A stretch of DNA of 64,000 nucleotides from Candidatus Multivorans sp. GTDB lineage: Bacteria; Acidobacteriota; Thermoanaerobaculia; Multivoradales; Multivoraceae. Shown one piece after another: positions 18,352-28,813 of this stretch. Position 1 is the stretch's first letter. Every line of letters starts with the position of its first letter. Where the stretch lies: positions 4,352,001 to 4,416,000 of the forward strand of contig OZ251997.1 in the NCBI GenBank assembly GCA_965247095.1, in the 5' to 3' direction. Both the position numbers and the translations under genes were made by a program. Under the pieces are notes generated by a model. The model saw nothing but the letters and a program-made list of their open reading frames with translations, was not told the origin of the DNA and ran no database searches.

Positions 18352-18909
18352 ATGCATGCCGTGCTGAACGCGGGGTCCCGGACCGGAACTTCCGGTGGAA
18401 GAAACACGTCACGGCGCCGGTCAGTGCGGTCACTGATCGTCAGCGCCTGGTCCGTCGCCGTGCTGCTCGCCGTCACCGCGGTCGCCGCGGACGATCAGCG
18501 GGAAGTCGTCCTGTCAGGCATCGAAGTGGCGCCAACCGCGCCCGGCGCCGAGACGCTCTGCAAGCTCAAGGCCACGATCGAGAACACGGGCAGCCGGGCC
18601 GTATACAGCTTCGGCTTCGATGTCGAGTTGAACGGGCATTCCTTGCCGGTCTATGAGAAGCAGCTCTTCCTGCAGGTGATCGAAGCGGGGCAAGCGGAGG
18701 ATGTCGCGCTCTACAACTTCTGGACCTCGGAGAGCGGCCGCCCGGCGCCGGCGGACGGCAAGCTCGAGGTGGTGGTCCGCCTGCGCGAGGCGCGTTGGGT
18801 GGAGGTGTCAGAGGTCGAAGAGGACGGTGAGACGGTCGAGGTGTGGACGCCGGTCGGCGACGTCTCCGGCCTGCCGCAGACTGTCAGTGTGACCCTCGAA
18901 CTGAAGTGA
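18352..18909 (+). CDS. Hypothetical exported protein (Ig/CARDB-like beta-rich)
   Basis: Signal-like N-terminus and K-TIENTG. Its stop overlaps the next GTG. Start uncertain. Confidence 0.65.
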   Translation: MHAVLNAGSRTGTSGGRNTSRRRSVRSLIVSAWSVAVLLAVTAVAADDQREVVLSGIEVAPTAPGAETLCKLKATIENTGSRAVYSFGFDVELNGHSLPVYEKQLFLQVIEAGQAEDVALYNFWTSESGRPAPADGKLEVVVRLREARWVEVSEVEEDGETVEVWTPVGDVSGLPQTVSVTLELK

Positions 18910-21098
18910 GTTCTCTGCGCGCTTTCGGGTCGCGGCTTGCGGGCGCTGCGGCGGTGGCCGCGTTGGCCTGCACGCCGTCCCCGCCGCCGGACGCGGCGCC
19001 GGCCGGCGATGCGCCCCGCCGGCCGATCGTTCTGATCTCCGTCGACACCCTGCGTTCGGACCGGCTGCCGGCCTACGGCTACGACGGGGTGGACACGCCC
19101 GCGATCGACCGCCTCGCTGCCGAGGGCGTGCTGTTCGAGCGCGCGTACACCCATGTCAACGTCACCCTGCCATCGCACGCCAGCGTGTTCACCGGCCTGC
19201 TGCCGCCGGAGCACGGTGTGCGTGACAACGCCGGCTACCGGTTGGACGATGCGATCCCGACTCTGGCCGCCGAACTCCAACGGAGCGGCTACGCGACCGG
19301 AGGGTTCGTGTCTTCCTACGTCCTGCGGGCCACGACCGGGATCGGTCGGGGCTTCGACGTCTATGACGACGGGGTCGGGTTCGAGACCGGGCGGCAGTTG
19401 GGGCAACTTCAGCGTCCGGGAGCGGAGACGCTGGCCGCGGCTTCGGAGTGGCTCGCCGGCATGGCGGACTCCCCCTTCTTCCTGTTCCTTCACCTGTACG
19501 AGCCGCACGCCCCGTACGAACCGCCGCCGCCGTTCGCCGAACGCTACGACAACCCCTACGACGGCGAGGTTGCGGCCGCCGACTCGGTAGTCGGTGAGTT
19601 GATCCGGCGCATGGAGGAGCTTGGGGTCTACGACGACGCGCTGGTCATCCTGATCTCGGACCACGGGGAGGGCCTGATGGACCACGGCGAGATGGATCAC
19701 CTGATCCTTCTCTACCGGGAAGTGCTTCAGGTGCCTCTGATCGTCAAGCTGCCGGGAGCAGAGCGCGCCGGCGACCGGGTCGCGGTCGGGGCCCAGCTCA
19801 GCGATGTCGCGCCGACGGTCTACTCGCTTGCGGGGCTGCAATCGCCCAATGGGCTGGCCGGGTTGGATCTGCTTGGGCTGGAGGTGACGTCCTCAGGCGG
19901 CGCGCCTCGCCAGATCGTGTCCGAGAGCGTCTACCCCCGCATTCACTTCGGCTGGAGCGATCTTGCCTCGATCGTCGAAGGCGACCTGCACTTCATCGAG
20001 TCGCCCGCTCCGGAGCTCTACCGTCTGTCCGAGGATCCTGGCGAGCGGTCGAACGTGATCCAGGAGGAGCGGGCCGCCGCGCGGCGGATGCGCGCGGCGT
20101 TGCAGGAGATCGACCGCACGCTGACTTCGCCGGCCGAGGACGATCCCGAAATCCGGCAGCGCCTGGAGTCGCTCGGGTACCTGTCCGGTGGCGCGCGCGC
20201 GGGCGGTGACACGCTGGCGGACCCGAAGAGCCGGATTGCCGTGGTCGCCGACCTGGGCCGGGCCTCGCGGCTGATCGACGCCGGTGAATTGGCTGAGGCC
20301 GAGTCGGCGCTGCGGGCGGTGCTCGCCAGCGAACCGCAGCTCGTCCTGGCGTGGCAGCAGTTGGGCGACGTGCTGGAGCGCCGGGGCCGGCCCAGACAGG
20401 CGCTCCAGGCGTACCGCAAGGCGTTCGAGGCGTCGGCGGGCGGCGCGGCCAGCGCCGGGCTCAAGGTGGCGGAGTTGCTGTTGCTGGAGGGCCGCGTCGA
20501 TGAGGCCCGGGAACACGCTCTGGCGGTTGTCGATCGCGCGCCCATGGCGCACGACGTGCTGGCCCAGGCGGCGCTGTTTGAGGACGACCTCGAGGCGGCG
20601 AAGGAGTACCTGGACCGGGCCATCGCCGAGCGCGGCCCCCAGGTCATGCCACTGATCACGAGGACGGCCTGGCTGAACAAGCAGGAGCGCTTCGAGGAGG
20701 CTCTGATCCAGAGCGACGAGGTGTTGGCCGAGTTCGGCGACCGCGGCGACCGGGAGATCCTCGGACACCTGTATCTCTACCGGGGCACTGCGCTGGCTGC
20801 TTTGGGTCGCGACGACGAGGCCGAGAGCGCCTACCGGGAGGCGCTCGAGCTGAAGTGGGATCTTCTGGGGGCATACTCCTCCCTGGCCTTTCTCCAGGCG
20901 CTGATGGGGCGGGGTGGCGAGGTCGGCCGCACCCTGCAGGAGATGGTCACCGTGAATCCGAATCCGGCGGCGTACGCCGAGGCGGTGCGGGCACTGAGGG
21001 CGATGAACGATCAGCGCTCGGCGAACGGTGTGCTCGGCGAGGCCCTGCGGCGGTGGCCGGAAGCCGAGGAACTGCGGCTGCTCGCCGAGTCGCGGTGA
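18906..21098 (+). CDS. Sulfatase-like (alkaline phosphatase superfamily) hydrolase/transferase with C-terminal TPRs, lipoprotein
   Basis: IVLISVDTLRSD, TPAID-LA-EG, TLPSHASVFTG, HLYEPHAPY, SDHGE and LESLGYL, then TPR helices. Lipobox-like ALAC. GTG 18906 overlaps the upstream stop. Confidence 0.88.
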   Translation: MSSLRAFGSRLAGAAAVAALACTPSPPPDAAPAGDAPRRPIVLISVDTLRSDRLPAYGYDGVDTPAIDRLAAEGVLFERAYTHVNVTLPSHASVFTGLLPPEHGVRDNAGYRLDDAIPTLAAELQRSGYATGGFVSSYVLRATTGIGRGFDVYDDGVGFETGRQLGQLQRPGAETLAAASEWLAGMADSPFFLFLHLYEPHAPYEPPPPFAERYDNPYDGEVAAADSVVGELIRRMEELGVYDDALVILISDHGEGLMDHGEMDHLILLYREVLQVPLIVKLPGAERAGDRVAVGAQLSDVAPTVYSLAGLQSPNGLAGLDLLGLEVTSSGGAPRQIVSESVYPRIHFGWSDLASIVEGDLHFIESPAPELYRLSEDPGERSNVIQEERAAARRMRAALQEIDRTLTSPAEDDPEIRQRLESLGYLSGGARAGGDTLADPKSRIAVVADLGRASRLIDAGELAEAESALRAVLASEPQLVLAWQQLGDVLERRGRPRQALQAYRKAFEASAGGAASAGLKVAELLLLEGRVDEAREHALAVVDRAPMAHDVLAQAALFEDDLEAAKEYLDRAIAERGPQVMPLITRTAWLNKQERFEEALIQSDEVLAEFGDRGDREILGHLYLYRGTALAALGRDDEAESAYREALELKWDLLGAYSSLAFLQALMGRGGEVGRTLQEMVTVNPNPAAYAEAVRALRAMNDQRSANGVLGEALRRWPEAEELRLLAESR

Positions 21099-21104
21099 CT
21101 CCGG

Positions 21105-21199
21105 CCTGGGAACCCGGGTGGCGCGAGCCGCGCCACCCGCGACCCACTCCGTGCGCCAGTCATCGGGCGCACGGATGGCACGAGGGCGTTTCGCCCGCG
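21105..21199 (+). repeat. Dispersed REP-like element, long form (copy C)
   Basis: CCTGGGAAC + 68-bp insert homologous to copy A + variant third hairpin GGGCG-TTT-CGCCC. Starts 6 bp after the TGA stop. Confidence 0.85.
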
Positions 21200-21227
21200 T
21201 ACGGGGCAAACGGGTTAGTCTCTCTCC

Positions 21228-23066
21228 ATGGCATCGGCGAACCGCACCGCGTTGCTTCAGCGCAACAATCCATGGCTGGCGTTCGCGGCGGCGAGCGTTT
21301 CCGCCTGGGCGGCGCTGACGCTTCCCGCGGCAGCCCAGCCTGAACCCGCGCCCGCGCCGTCCGGTCCGGGCTTTGTGGAAGTTGTCAACGTCGAGGTCGT
21401 GAACATCGACGTCTACGTCACGGGCTCGGACGGGAAGCCCGTGCTCGGTCTCGGTCCCGACGATTTCGACCTCCGGGTCGACGGCAGACCGGTTCGGATC
21501 AGCAACTTCTACGCGGTGGAACTTCGGGACGACGAGCTGTTCGTCCGCCGCGGCGGCGACGTCGAGGCCCAGCCGCTCGTACCGCCTCCACCTGAGGACC
21601 CGCGGGAAGCGGACCGGGTGCGCCGGGCGCCGCCGCCGATACCGGCAGAGCAGGCGCTTCATGTGGCCGTCTACATCGACAACTACAACCTGACGCCGTT
21701 CAATCGCAACCGGGTCATGCGCGAACTCCGGGCTTTCATCCGCGAGCAACTGCGGCCCGAAGACCAGGTCATGCTGGCGAGCTTCGACCCGGCTCTCAAT
21801 CTCCGGTTGCCGTTCACCAACGATCGGGAGTCGCTGAACCGCGCGCTGCTCGAGTTGGAGGAGGTCTCCGCCCAGCGCCTCCATCGCAACAACGAGCGCC
21901 GCGACCTGATCAACAACATCAACGATGTGAACAACGAGACTTCGGCCGAGGGCAGGCCCGGGGTCGCGGCCGCCGAGCGGGCCGGGCTCACCGTCGGCGG
22001 CGGCGCCAGCTACGCCCGGAATCAGCTCATGGCCTACGCGGGGTCGGTCCGCAACGACACGAACCTGGCGATCAACGGCCTGACCCGGGTGGTGGAGAAC
22101 CTCTCCGCGGCGCCCGGCCGCAAGGCGATCATCTACGTGGCCGACGGCATTCCGATGATCGCCGGCGAGGACGTCTTCTACTTCGTCGAACAGCTCTACG
22201 AGAGGTCCGTGTCCCTGATCGAGATGGCGGAGTACGACCTGTCGAGGCGATTCCAGCAGCTCGCGGCGGGGGCCAACGCCAACCGCACGAGCTTCTACAC
22301 GATCGACGCCCGGGGACTGACTGTCCTGTCGCAGAGTTCGGTCCAGAGCCAGGTCGCGGGGGCGCCGGGCCAGGCGTCGCTGATCGATCAGATCCTGATG
22401 ACCAACCTCCAGGCGCCGCTCCAGCTCATGGCCGAGGAGACGGGGGGGCGCGCGGTGATCAACGCAAACCGCATCATGCCCGACCTGCTGAAGATCGCGG
22501 ACGACTTCCGCAACTACTACTCCCTCGGCTACATGCCGCTGGCGACGGTCGGTTCGGGGCGCTACCACTCGATCGAGGTCCGCTGGAAGAACAGACCCCG
22601 CGGCGCCAGTGTCCGGTTCCGCAAGGGCTACCGGGACAAGACGGTCGAATCGCGGATGATCGAGGGAACCCTGTCGGCGCTCAACCTGAACATGCAGGAG
22701 AACCCGTTGGGCGTTCGGGTCGACAGCCTGCCGGCGAAGCGGCGTTCAGACGGCAACTACGACGTGCCGGTGGTGATCGAGGTCGCCTGGAAGGAACTCA
22801 CGCTGATCCCGCGGGACGGCGCCCACCATGGCCGCATCCGGCTCTGGTTGGCGGCAAAGGACGAGCGCGACCGCGCGACCGAGCCACAGTTGACCGAGCT
22901 GACGATCGCGGTTCCCCAGGATCGAATCGCCGAGATCGAGAACGGGTCCTGGCGCTATGGCCTGGAGGTCACCCTGGAGGGCGGCTACCACGACATCGGC
23001 GTCGGCCTGCGCGACGACATCGGCGGCCGCCAGTCGTTCCTGCGCGGCGGCATCGACGTCCGGTAG
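21228..23066 (+). CDS. Acidobacterial-type VWA domain protein, secreted
   Basis: VNIDVYVT---GKPVLGL---DF-L--DG-PV-I-NF, PGRKAIIY--DG, YTIDARGL, MAEETGGRA and YYSLGY-P...YHSIEVR...R-GY. Confidence 0.85.
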   Translation: MASANRTALLQRNNPWLAFAAASVSAWAALTLPAAAQPEPAPAPSGPGFVEVVNVEVVNIDVYVTGSDGKPVLGLGPDDFDLRVDGRPVRISNFYAVELRDDELFVRRGGDVEAQPLVPPPPEDPREADRVRRAPPPIPAEQALHVAVYIDNYNLTPFNRNRVMRELRAFIREQLRPEDQVMLASFDPALNLRLPFTNDRESLNRALLELEEVSAQRLHRNNERRDLINNINDVNNETSAEGRPGVAAAERAGLTVGGGASYARNQLMAYAGSVRNDTNLAINGLTRVVENLSAAPGRKAIIYVADGIPMIAGEDVFYFVEQLYERSVSLIEMAEYDLSRRFQQLAAGANANRTSFYTIDARGLTVLSQSSVQSQVAGAPGQASLIDQILMTNLQAPLQLMAEETGGRAVINANRIMPDLLKIADDFRNYYSLGYMPLATVGSGRYHSIEVRWKNRPRGASVRFRKGYRDKTVESRMIEGTLSALNLNMQENPLGVRVDSLPAKRRSDGNYDVPVVIEVAWKELTLIPRDGAHHGRIRLWLAAKDERDRATEPQLTELTIAVPQDRIAEIENGSWRYGLEVTLEGGYHDIGVGLRDDIGGRQSFLRGGIDVR

Positions 23067-23111
23067 CGCACTGAGAACGGTACAGGTGCGCCGGCCTTCC
23101 GGCCCGATGGT

Positions 23112-25265
23112 TTACAGCACCCGGATCGTGGTCGAGGACGCGTGCTCCTGGTTCTCCTGGTCGGTAACGACAACGGAGAGGGTGTAGTCGCCGGCGGTCA
23201 GCTTCCGGCCGGCCACGAACACGCCGGAGAGCTGGGAGAGACCTGAACCGGCCTGAGCTCCGGGAGCGAGGACGATCTCACCTCCGTCGGCTACCTGCTC
23301 GCCGTCCGGCCGGAACACCTGCGTCCGGACGGAGACCGGACCGGCGCCGAGATTCATGCCCACGAGGCTGATCGGCGTCTCGCCGCCGGCGGCGACCTCA
23401 GGCCGCGCCGCCGGAATGAAGGGGTTGCCGCTGCGCAGGAAGGGGAAGGCGACATCGCTTCGCTGCTCGGACTCGTCCTCACGAAGGAGGACCCACTTGC
23501 CTGGCTGCTCCGGGAACAGCGGCGGCTGCAGCGCGGGCTCCTCACCGGGAACCTGGAGCAAGGACGTGGTCAGCGCCCGACGGCCGGTGGCGTCGTTGCG
23601 GATAAGCACCCGCACGGAGTAGGCGCCCGGGTTCAGGTCGAAGTGGCCCCAGTACTTGAGCCCGGTCTGGCGGAGCGCGGGGCCGGCCTGGGCCGAGTCC
23701 AGGCTCAGCCGGCTGGCGAAGAAGTCGCGCACGACGCCGTTGTCGTCCAGGGCGTAGGCGTAGATCTCGAGCGGAATGGTGGCGCCCTCCAGGCCGGCCA
23801 GAAGATCCTCGCCCCGCACCTCGATCAGCACCGGTGCGTACGGTTTGCCGTTGTCGGCGGGGAAGGCCGCGGCTAGTACCGAAGCATCGATCTCGCCCGT
23901 TTCGACACCGCCCATCACCTGCTGCGCGGAATCCAGGGACCGTTCGAAGGGGCTCGTTTGGGCGTAGGGCTTCGGTGCGTAGTAGCCGGGTCGGTGGACG
24001 ACTTGGGTTCCGCGGGGAGCGTTCTTCAGCCGTACCCGCAGTTTGTGGAAGCGGCCGTCGTACTGCAGGTCCTCCGGCTGGAAGGCAAGCAGGTAGGTGA
24101 CGCTGGTGCGCTCCAGCATCTCGGACATCGCGTCGCCCAGGTCGGTGAAGTTGGCGAACAGCTCGCCGCCGCTGTCCTTGGACATCATGAACAGCGAGTC
24201 CCGGTTGCTGGCGCTCTCGGCAAGGACCTCGCCGCTCACGTCCACGGTCTGGATGGCGCAGTTCGCCTGGCGGAACTTGGCCAACATCTGGGTCATTTGG
24301 CTCTGGGCGGCGCTGCTGCCGAAGAGCTCCTCGTTGTCGACTTCCCCAAGCCGGCCGCTTGAGACCGCGTCCTGCCTTTGCAGGATCGCGTCCTGTTCCT
24401 CACTCGTTTGACCGCGGTTGCCGACCAGGATGCTGCTGTCGAAGCCCTCGGACAGGAAGACGACGTGCTTGCGGCCCTCGATCGATTGCATCCAGGCGGC
24501 GAGTTCGCTCATGCCGCTGGTTAGGGCGGCGACTTTGGCGGCCGCTCTGCCGCGCTCCGCGGCGGCCTGAAGGGCTCGCAGCTCTCGCCGAGTCTGGATG
24601 GCCTCGAAATCGGTATCGGCAGTAGCTCGGCCGCCGATGTCGCCCAGGTTGGAGTCGGTCGGCTGTGGGGCGCTGAGGTCGCCGATCACTAGACCGAGTG
24701 GGTCGCGAATCGCTTCGCCGGTCTCAATCTTGCCCAGCGTCCGGATTGCCTGCCGGAGTTGGCTGCGGTCGGATGTGAAACCAAGCACCAGCCGGGGGCG
24801 GGTGTCGAAGATCGCCAGCGCCACCAGGTCGGTGGGGTGGAGCTGGCGCAACACCAAGTCGGCGGCTGCCTGCTGGGCGCGGCCGATGGCGTCGGGAGTG
24901 GTGAAGAAGAGGTCGAACAGCAACAGGAAGTGCCGGCGTGCGGCGACCGGTACGGCTTTCTCCGTGGCCTTGCCTTCCACTGTCGACAGATCGACCATCT
25001 CGAAGCCGGTGATCCGGACCGGCTTGCGACCGTCGAGGAGTTCGAAGTCCTCCGGGCCGAGATCGCGCAGCGGATTGCCGCCGCTGTTGACCTGGACCGG
25101 CACTTCGACCACGGTGACGGTGGTTGAACCGCTGAACTGGGCCTGCTTCTGCTTGCGGCCACGCTGCGCCTCGGCCGCGGCGGCAGTGGTCAACAGCAGG
25201 GCGGCGGCGCACAGGGCGGCGGTGAAAGTCGTCGACGGGCGGTCGGGGGGCCTGCGGTTCTTCAT
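23112..25265 (-). CDS. Acidobacterial-type VWA domain protein with C-terminal extension, secreted
   Basis: VEVPVQV---GNPLRDL---DFEL-D, RRHFLLLFD, EGRKHVVFLSEGFD, DSGG, YLLAFQP and HRPGYY. Confidence 0.85.
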   Translation of the reverse strand: MKNRRPPDRPSTTFTAALCAAALLLTTAAAAEAQRGRKQKQAQFSGSTTVTVVEVPVQVNSGGNPLRDLGPEDFELLDGRKPVRITGFEMVDLSTVEGKATEKAVPVAARRHFLLLFDLFFTTPDAIGRAQQAAADLVLRQLHPTDLVALAIFDTRPRLVLGFTSDRSQLRQAIRTLGKIETGEAIRDPLGLVIGDLSAPQPTDSNLGDIGGRATADTDFEAIQTRRELRALQAAAERGRAAAKVAALTSGMSELAAWMQSIEGRKHVVFLSEGFDSSILVGNRGQTSEEQDAILQRQDAVSSGRLGEVDNEELFGSSAAQSQMTQMLAKFRQANCAIQTVDVSGEVLAESASNRDSLFMMSKDSGGELFANFTDLGDAMSEMLERTSVTYLLAFQPEDLQYDGRFHKLRVRLKNAPRGTQVVHRPGYYAPKPYAQTSPFERSLDSAQQVMGGVETGEIDASVLAAAFPADNGKPYAPVLIEVRGEDLLAGLEGATIPLEIYAYALDDNGVVRDFFASRLSLDSAQAGPALRQTGLKYWGHFDLNPGAYSVRVLIRNDATGRRALTTSLLQVPGEEPALQPPLFPEQPGKWVLLREDESEQRSDVAFPFLRSGNPFIPAARPEVAAGGETPISLVGMNLGAGPVSVRTQVFRPDGEQVADGGEIVLAPGAQAGSGLSQLSGVFVAGRKLTAGDYTLSVVVTDQENQEHASSTTIRVL

Positions 25266-25335
25266 TCCAGGGGCTCCTTGTCCAACGGGGCAGAGCTTTA
25301 ATGATCGGATCCGATGAACCCGATTCGGCTCGGAT

Positions 25336-27597
25336 TCAGTTCAGCACCTTCAGCGGGATCGAGTTGACCGGCCGGGCCTGAGTCGCCGGGTCGGTCACGG
25401 CAACCCTCAGAGTGTAGTCGCCCGCCGGCAGATCGGTGGGCTTGAAGGCGGCGACGATCTTGTCGAGTCCGGGAATTCCGGTCACGGTGCGCTCGCGCAG
25501 GCTGAGCGCGCCTCCCGCCATCGTTTCCCCACTAAGGTCCGTCACCGTGGCCTCCAGGTTCAGGTCGCCGCGGCCGAGGTTGTAGCCCACCAGGCAGATC
25601 TCGGCGCCGCCGTCGTCGCCGCTCCGCTGCACCAGGGGCGCCGCGGACGGCACGTAGGGCTCGCCGTTCACCGTGAACGGGTAGACCGTGGTCTTGGCGT
25701 ATTGATCGGCCGCCTGCTCGCGGACCAGAAACCAGCTTCCGGGCGCCTCATGGAAGAACGGCGGCAGCAGGGCCGGCTCGCCGGTCTCGAAGGTCGGCAC
25801 CCGCAACTCGACCATTTTGACGCCGGTAGTGCCGGTGACGCCGTTGCGGGCAAGGACGCGCAGCAGATAGTCGCCCGGTTCGAGTTCGAGATGGCCGTAG
25901 TACTTGAGGCCGGTGTTGGCGAAGGCGTCCTCCCGGCCGGCGAGGTCGAGGGTGATGACCTGACTGAAGAAGTCCCGCATCTGCGCCTTGCCGTCGGTGA
26001 CGTAGGCGTAGAGTTCAACCGGCAACTGCGCCGGCTGGTGGCCGGCGAGCAGTCCTTCGCCGCCGATCTCGACGATCACCGGGATGTATGCCCGGTTGCT
26101 GCCGCCGCGGAATGGCGCCGCCAACACGTCGATCTTGAGATCGTTCTTCGTGGCGGCGGCGGCGATCAGATCGGAGGCCAGCAGGCGCTTCTCCATCGGA
26201 TGCAGGTCGCCGAAGGGCCGTGGCGTGTAGTACCCCATGCGGTGGGAGATCTGCGTGCCCTTCGGGGCCCGCGCGCGCACCTTGATTCGCCGTAGATCGC
26301 CGGGTTCGCCGGGTTCGGAAGGCTGGAAGGCGAGAAGATAGGTGACTGTCGAGGACTCCAGCACCTCGCCTAGTTCAGCGCCGAAGTCGTTCGCGTCCTC
26401 GTGCAGGCGGCCGCCGGTCTCGTTGGCGAGGTAGAACAGCGCGTCGCGCCCCACGGTGCGCATCCGGTTTTCCTCCGGCAGATCCGCCCGCAGGCCCGAG
26501 ATATCCACGGCGTGGATCACCGCGTTCGCCCGCTTGAACTCGTTCAGCATCAAGTTGACCTGCGTCTGGAGTTGGGTGTTGCCGAAGCGGTTGTCGGTGT
26601 CGACCTGAGCGATGTCGCCCCTCTCGATCGCCTGGTTTTCGCGCTGCATATCCGGGTCGAAGAAGTCCGGTTGGCGACCGAACAACAGCCGGCCGTCGAA
26701 GCCCTCCGAGAACAGAACCACGTGCTTGCGCCCCTCGACGCTGGAGAGAATGCGCGCCATCTGCCTCAGGGAGTGCATCCAGGACGAGATCTGGCCGCGG
26801 GCGTGGCTCCTCTCGTACTTGGCCATCTCGTTGCCGATCACTCGCAGGTAGGCGTCCGCATCGCGCTCCATGTCGATGATCTCCTGGTTGACGCCGCCGG
26901 TGTCTAGAACCGCCGAGGCGCTCGGTCCCGGAGCGTCGATCATGAAGCCCAGCGGGTCCTTCGTTGCCAGGTGCAGGAGCCGGGGGTTGCCCAGGGTGGC
27001 GATGGCTCGGGCCAACTGCGTCCGGTCGGGAGTGAAGGTGATCAGCAACTGCGGTCCGGACTCGACGGTGTGGACCGCGATCGCCGCCAAGTCTGTTGGG
27101 TGCATCTCCGAAAGCACGAAATCCTGAGCGGCGGAGCGCGCCCTGGCGACAGCGGCCGGCGCCGAGAACGAGAGGTCGAACAGGAACAGGAAGTGGCGGC
27201 GGGCCGCGGGCGGGATGCCGTAGTCGGTCTCGATCACGCGGCGCTCGTCCGGCGCGAGCAGTTCCAGATCGACGACCCGGAAGCCCGTGATGTCCTGGGC
27301 CTTGCCGTCGTCGAGGATTTGGAAGTCCGCTCTGCTCAGACCCCGGATCGCCTCGCCGCTGCGGGCGACGACATTGACCGGCACCTGCACTTCGAACACG
27401 AACGCGCGGTCCTCGAACTGCCGCAGGTCCCGCGGTTCCTGGGCGGCCGCCAGCGTCGCCGCCGGCGGCAGAGTGGCGAGCGCCAGCGTCGCGGCGCACG
27501 CGAGCATGGCCCGTGTGAGCGGTTTGGGGCCGAGCGGATAAAGGGGCGGAAACGACGGTGCGGGTGTCATGACCTTGGTTGTCCTGTCCCGGGGCAT
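25336..27597 (-). CDS. Acidobacterial-type VWA domain protein, paralogue of the downstream gene; retains a DxSxS MIDAS-like motif
   Basis: VQVPVNVV---GEAIRGL---DF-I-DDG, RRHFLFLFDLSFS, EGRKHVVLFSEGFD, LANETGG and YLLAFQP. Start 27597 or 27570. Confidence 0.85.
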   Translation of the reverse strand: MPRDRTTKVMTPAPSFPPLYPLGPKPLTRAMLACAATLALATLPPAATLAAAQEPRDLRQFEDRAFVFEVQVPVNVVARSGEAIRGLSRADFQILDDGKAQDITGFRVVDLELLAPDERRVIETDYGIPPAARRHFLFLFDLSFSAPAAVARARSAAQDFVLSEMHPTDLAAIAVHTVESGPQLLITFTPDRTQLARAIATLGNPRLLHLATKDPLGFMIDAPGPSASAVLDTGGVNQEIIDMERDADAYLRVIGNEMAKYERSHARGQISSWMHSLRQMARILSSVEGRKHVVLFSEGFDGRLLFGRQPDFFDPDMQRENQAIERGDIAQVDTDNRFGNTQLQTQVNLMLNEFKRANAVIHAVDISGLRADLPEENRMRTVGRDALFYLANETGGRLHEDANDFGAELGEVLESSTVTYLLAFQPSEPGEPGDLRRIKVRARAPKGTQISHRMGYYTPRPFGDLHPMEKRLLASDLIAAAATKNDLKIDVLAAPFRGGSNRAYIPVIVEIGGEGLLAGHQPAQLPVELYAYVTDGKAQMRDFFSQVITLDLAGREDAFANTGLKYYGHLELEPGDYLLRVLARNGVTGTTGVKMVELRVPTFETGEPALLPPFFHEAPGSWFLVREQAADQYAKTTVYPFTVNGEPYVPSAAPLVQRSGDDGGAEICLVGYNLGRGDLNLEATVTDLSGETMAGGALSLRERTVTGIPGLDKIVAAFKPTDLPAGDYTLRVAVTDPATQARPVNSIPLKVLN

Positions 27598-27622
27598 CGT
27601 TGGCAGTAAGGCTAGCAGGCGC

Positions 27623-28813
27623 CTACGGCGCTCCACGTTCGATCAGCGCCGCGTACTTGCGCGCTTCCTCGTGGGTGGCGTCGAGCGTCAGCGCCCGCTC
27701 CACATGGTGCTTCGCTTCGCGCACCTTGCCGGTCGCCAGGTAGACCCGGGCCAGCCCGACATGGACCTCGGGAATCTCGGAGTCGACGCGCAGCGCGCGG
27801 CGCATGTAGTCGAGCGCGGTGACCGCATCGCCCGCCGCCAGCGCGGCGTCGCCCCGATACACATAGAAGAACGGACTGGCCTGGTTCATGCTCTCCAGGG
27901 TGTCCAACAGCTCGCCGGCGCGTTCGCTCTCGCCCTGGAGCTGGTAGGCGCGAACCAGGTTCGTCAGCAGCGGCACGTTCTCCGGATGGAGTTCCAGGCC
28001 CTGTTCATAGACGCGCACCGCTTCGCCGAGACGGTCGCGGCGGAGCAGCACGATGCCGTGGTTGTTGATCGCCTTGTCGAAGTCCGGCGTCAGCCGGATG
28101 GCGATCTCAAGCCAGCGCTCGGCGGCGTCCAGATCGTCCGCCATCAGCGCCTCGGCGCCGAGGTTGTTGTAGTAGTGGCCGGTGGCGGCGAGGTCGGTGA
28201 TCGGCTGGAAGTCGCGGTAGGACTTCGGCCGGTAGGGCAGGAAGTCGTAGGTGGCCAGTTCGCCGTCGACATACATGCCGGCGACGATGTGGCCGCGGCT
28301 CACCACCACGCCGTCCTGGTAGTTCCAGCGCTGGTAGTCCTCGACCTCGACGAAGAAGGGGTTCAGCCGCCGCTCGCGGCCGACCGCCACGAACAGGTTG
28401 ACGAAGGAGAGGCAGTTGCCGCGGGCGGCGACGAAGGTTTGCGCCGCGGTTCGGGTCGGAGTCAGTTCGTACTGCAGGTCCACCGATCCGAAGACGAAGT
28501 CGAGCACCGCATCGCGCCGGCGGGCCTGACTGCCGGCCGGGTTGACTCGCTGGTCTACCGCCTCACGCAGTTGCTCGTCGATGGCGAACGGGACCACCAC
28601 CTGATCCTGCCAGCCACCGCCCAAGCGGCGCTCGAGCTCGGGCGCCAAGGCCTGGGCGCCGTCGAAGGGCACAAAGCCGCCGCAGGCCGCGGTCAGGGCA
28701 AGCAGCGCCGCGGTCAGCAGCGCCACCGGCGACGGGGCCACCGGCGGCACAGCCAGGGTGCGCCCGGAACGTCCGTATCTGGTCGGTCGGGAAGCTGGAG
28801 AGTGCCGGTTCAT
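27623..28813 (-). CDS. Transglutaminase-like (Cys-His-Asp) domain + TPR protein, probable lipoprotein
   Basis: T-TA--TF----GNCLSF--LFVA--R, then GHI and YDF (putative triad), then YYNNLGA and TPRs. Lipobox-like TAAC. Start uncertain (28813 or 28864). Confidence 0.78.
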   Translation of the reverse strand: MNRHSPASRPTRYGRSGRTLAVPPVAPSPVALLTAALLALTAACGGFVPFDGAQALAPELERRLGGGWQDQVVVPFAIDEQLREAVDQRVNPAGSQARRRDAVLDFVFGSVDLQYELTPTRTAAQTFVAARGNCLSFVNLFVAVGRERRLNPFFVEVEDYQRWNYQDGVVVSRGHIVAGMYVDGELATYDFLPYRPKSYRDFQPITDLAATGHYYNNLGAEALMADDLDAAERWLEIAIRLTPDFDKAINNHGIVLLRRDRLGEAVRVYEQGLELHPENVPLLTNLVRAYQLQGESERAGELLDTLESMNQASPFFYVYRGDAALAAGDAVTALDYMRRALRVDSEIPEVHVGLARVYLATGKVREAKHHVERALTLDATHEEARKYAALIERGAP

